Source: Acidobacteriota bacterium
GTDB taxonomy: Bacteria; Actinomycetota; Acidimicrobiia; Acidimicrobiales; RAAP-2
Reading direction: 5' to 3'
NCBI GenBank assembly: GCA_018971185.1
Contig: JAGXBH010000003.1
Coordinates: forward strand, 10,815-74,814
DNA length: 64,000 nucleotides
Shown here: positions 62,550 through 64,000 of the stretch, piece by piece
Numbering within the stretch: position 1 is the stretch's first letter
Layout: every line of letters starts with the position of its first letter
Made by a program: the position numbers and the translations under genes
The notes under the pieces: generated by a model
What the model was told of the DNA's origin: nothing
Database searches by the model: none
What the model saw: the letters and a program-made list of their open reading frames with translations, nothing else

Positions 62550-62986
62550 TAGATGGTCACCTCCGGTGCCCCGTGCGTACCGGGACGGACGACGAATTTC
62601 GCCTTGATCGGCAGCTTCTGGATGGCGCGCTCCATCGCGGCGCGCGCCAGGGTCTCATCCACCCCACCGAGCTCGAACATGATGCGACCCGGCTTGACGA
62701 CGGCGACCCAGAACTCGGGATTGCCCTTGCCCGAACCCATGCGGGTCTCCGCGGGCTTCTGGGTGACGGGCTTGTCGGGGAAGACGCGGATCCAGACCTT
62801 GCCGCCACGCTTGACGTGACGGGTCATGGCGATACGGGCGGCCTCGATCTGACGCGCGGTGATCCACCCCGCTTCGAGGGCCTGGATGCCGAAGTCACCG
62901 AAGGAGATGTCCACACCGCCCTTGGCCATTCCGGTCATGCGCCCGCGCTGCTGCTTACGGTGCTTTACCTTGCGAGGCATCAACAT
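62549..62986 (-). CDS. rplP: 50S ribosomal protein L16
   Basis: RQIEAAR, RMGSGKG. Confidence 0.97.
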   Translation of the reverse strand: MLMPRKVKHRKQQRGRMTGMAKGGVDISFGDFGIQALEAGWITARQIEAARIAMTRHVKRGGKVWIRVFPDKPVTQKPAETRMGSGKGNPEFWVAVVKPGRIMFELGGVDETLARAAMERAIQKLPIKAKFVVRPGTHGAPEVTI

Positions 62987-62988
62987 GA

Positions 62989-63924
62989 TTACTCCGCATC
63001 CTTTCGAAAGTGAGGGGTGTCGGTGTGCTCCTGGGCCGTGCGACGCTCGATGTCCTCTTCGACGCTCAACTGACGCTCGACCTCGTCGGTCGCCGCGAGC
63101 AGGTCGACCGAGGCCGCCTCGGACTCCGGCGCACCCACCACGACCTCCTCGACCACGACGTCGGACTCGACGCGACGACGCCCACCGCCGGCGCGCACCA
63201 CACCCTTGGGAGCGGCCGCGGCGGCACTGGGCACCTGATCGCCGGCGGCCATGGCCGCCTCGCGGACGATCTTCTCGTCATTGGTGAGCTGGTAGGGCAG
63301 GATGTCACCCTTGTAGATCCAGACCTTCACGCCGATGCGACCGGTCGACGTGCGCGCCTCGCGGAAGCCGTAATCGATGTCCGCGCGCAGCGTGTGCAGC
63401 GGGACGCGACCCTCGCGGTAGGACTCGCGCCGCGACATCTCGGCACCGCCGAGGCGCCCGGACGCCTGGATCTTCACGCCCATGGCGCCGGCCTTCTGCA
63501 CCGTCTGGATCCCGCGCTTCATCGCGCGGCGGAAGGCCACGCGACGCAGCAGCTGGTCGCAGATGCCCTGGGCGATCAACGCGGCGTCCAACTCGGGCTG
63601 CTTGATCTCCTGGATGTTCAACGAGATCTTGTTCTTCTGGCCGGTGATCTTCTCGAGGTCCTTCTTCAGTCGTTCCGCCTCGGCGCCACGACGTCCGATG
63701 ACGATCCCCGGTCGGGCCGTGTGGATGTCGACGCGGATGCGATCGGAGTTACGCTCGATCTCGATGCGGCTGACGGCGGCACTCTCGAGTTGCTTGGTGA
63801 GGTAGTCACGGATCTTCCAGTCCTCGATGACGAGGTCCTTGTATCCGCGCTCCTTGAACCAGCGCGACTTCCAGTCCGTCGTGATACCGAGTCGGAAACC
63901 GTAGGGATTTACCTTCTGGCCCAT
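62989..63924 (-). CDS. rpsC: 30S ribosomal protein S3 with C-terminal extension
   Basis: [25 protein letters not shown]. Confidence 0.97.
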   Translation of the reverse strand: MGQKVNPYGFRLGITTDWKSRWFKERGYKDLVIEDWKIRDYLTKQLESAAVSRIEIERNSDRIRVDIHTARPGIVIGRRGAEAERLKKDLEKITGQKNKISLNIQEIKQPELDAALIAQGICDQLLRRVAFRRAMKRGIQTVQKAGAMGVKIQASGRLGGAEMSRRESYREGRVPLHTLRADIDYGFREARTSTGRIGVKVWIYKGDILPYQLTNDEKIVREAAMAAGDQVPSAAAAAPKGVVRAGGGRRRVESDVVVEEVVVGAPESEAASVDLLAATDEVERQLSVEEDIERRTAQEHTDTPHFRKDAE

Positions 63925-64000
63925 TATTTGGTCTCCTCAGTGGTGTCCTCGGACACCGTCTCCTCGGCGCTGGTCTCGTCCAACGCCTGGTCGTTCACCG
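63924..64000 (-). CDS. rplV: 3' end of upstream gene, by synteny L22 (acidic tail)
   Basis: ...[24 protein letters not shown]; TAA overlaps the rpsC ATG. Identity rests on conserved gene order only. Confidence 0.65.
   Translation of the reverse strand, partial: VNDQALDETSAEETVSEDTTEETK

Overview
High-GC actinobacterial chromosome segment. Gene content and order suggest class Acidimicrobiia (inference, no database search run). The window is mostly core housekeeping: an aa3-type cytochrome c oxidase cluster (tatA-ctaC-ctaD-ctaF), a three-subunit Sdh1-type succinate dehydrogenase, mdh/icd/sucCD, metF-folD-purHN, pcrA-guaA-guaB3, groESL with two CIRCE boxes, the glmM-glmS-acpS-alr-udg-tsaEB-rimI-tsaD-pdxH string, and the S10(3' part)/spc/alpha ribosomal superoperon. 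I found no rRNA, tRNA, CRISPR, integrase, transposase or defence system. The most notable items are: (1) a ~5 kb insert between map and infA carrying a compact single-GAF heme-sensor DosS/DosR-like module, an HxlR/MFS pair and an orphan gene with a structured leader; (2) a probable CTG start codon for infA; (3) a ubiA-dprE1-dprE2 arabinose-donor operon without adjacent arabinosyltransferases, next to a NAGPA-like surface protein; (4) a truncated, apparently catalytically dead GH1-like protein; (5) a DoxD/TQO-like gene cut by the left edge; (6) a Gln-type CuA motif in an A-type oxidase. None is shown to be a new system from sequence alone.
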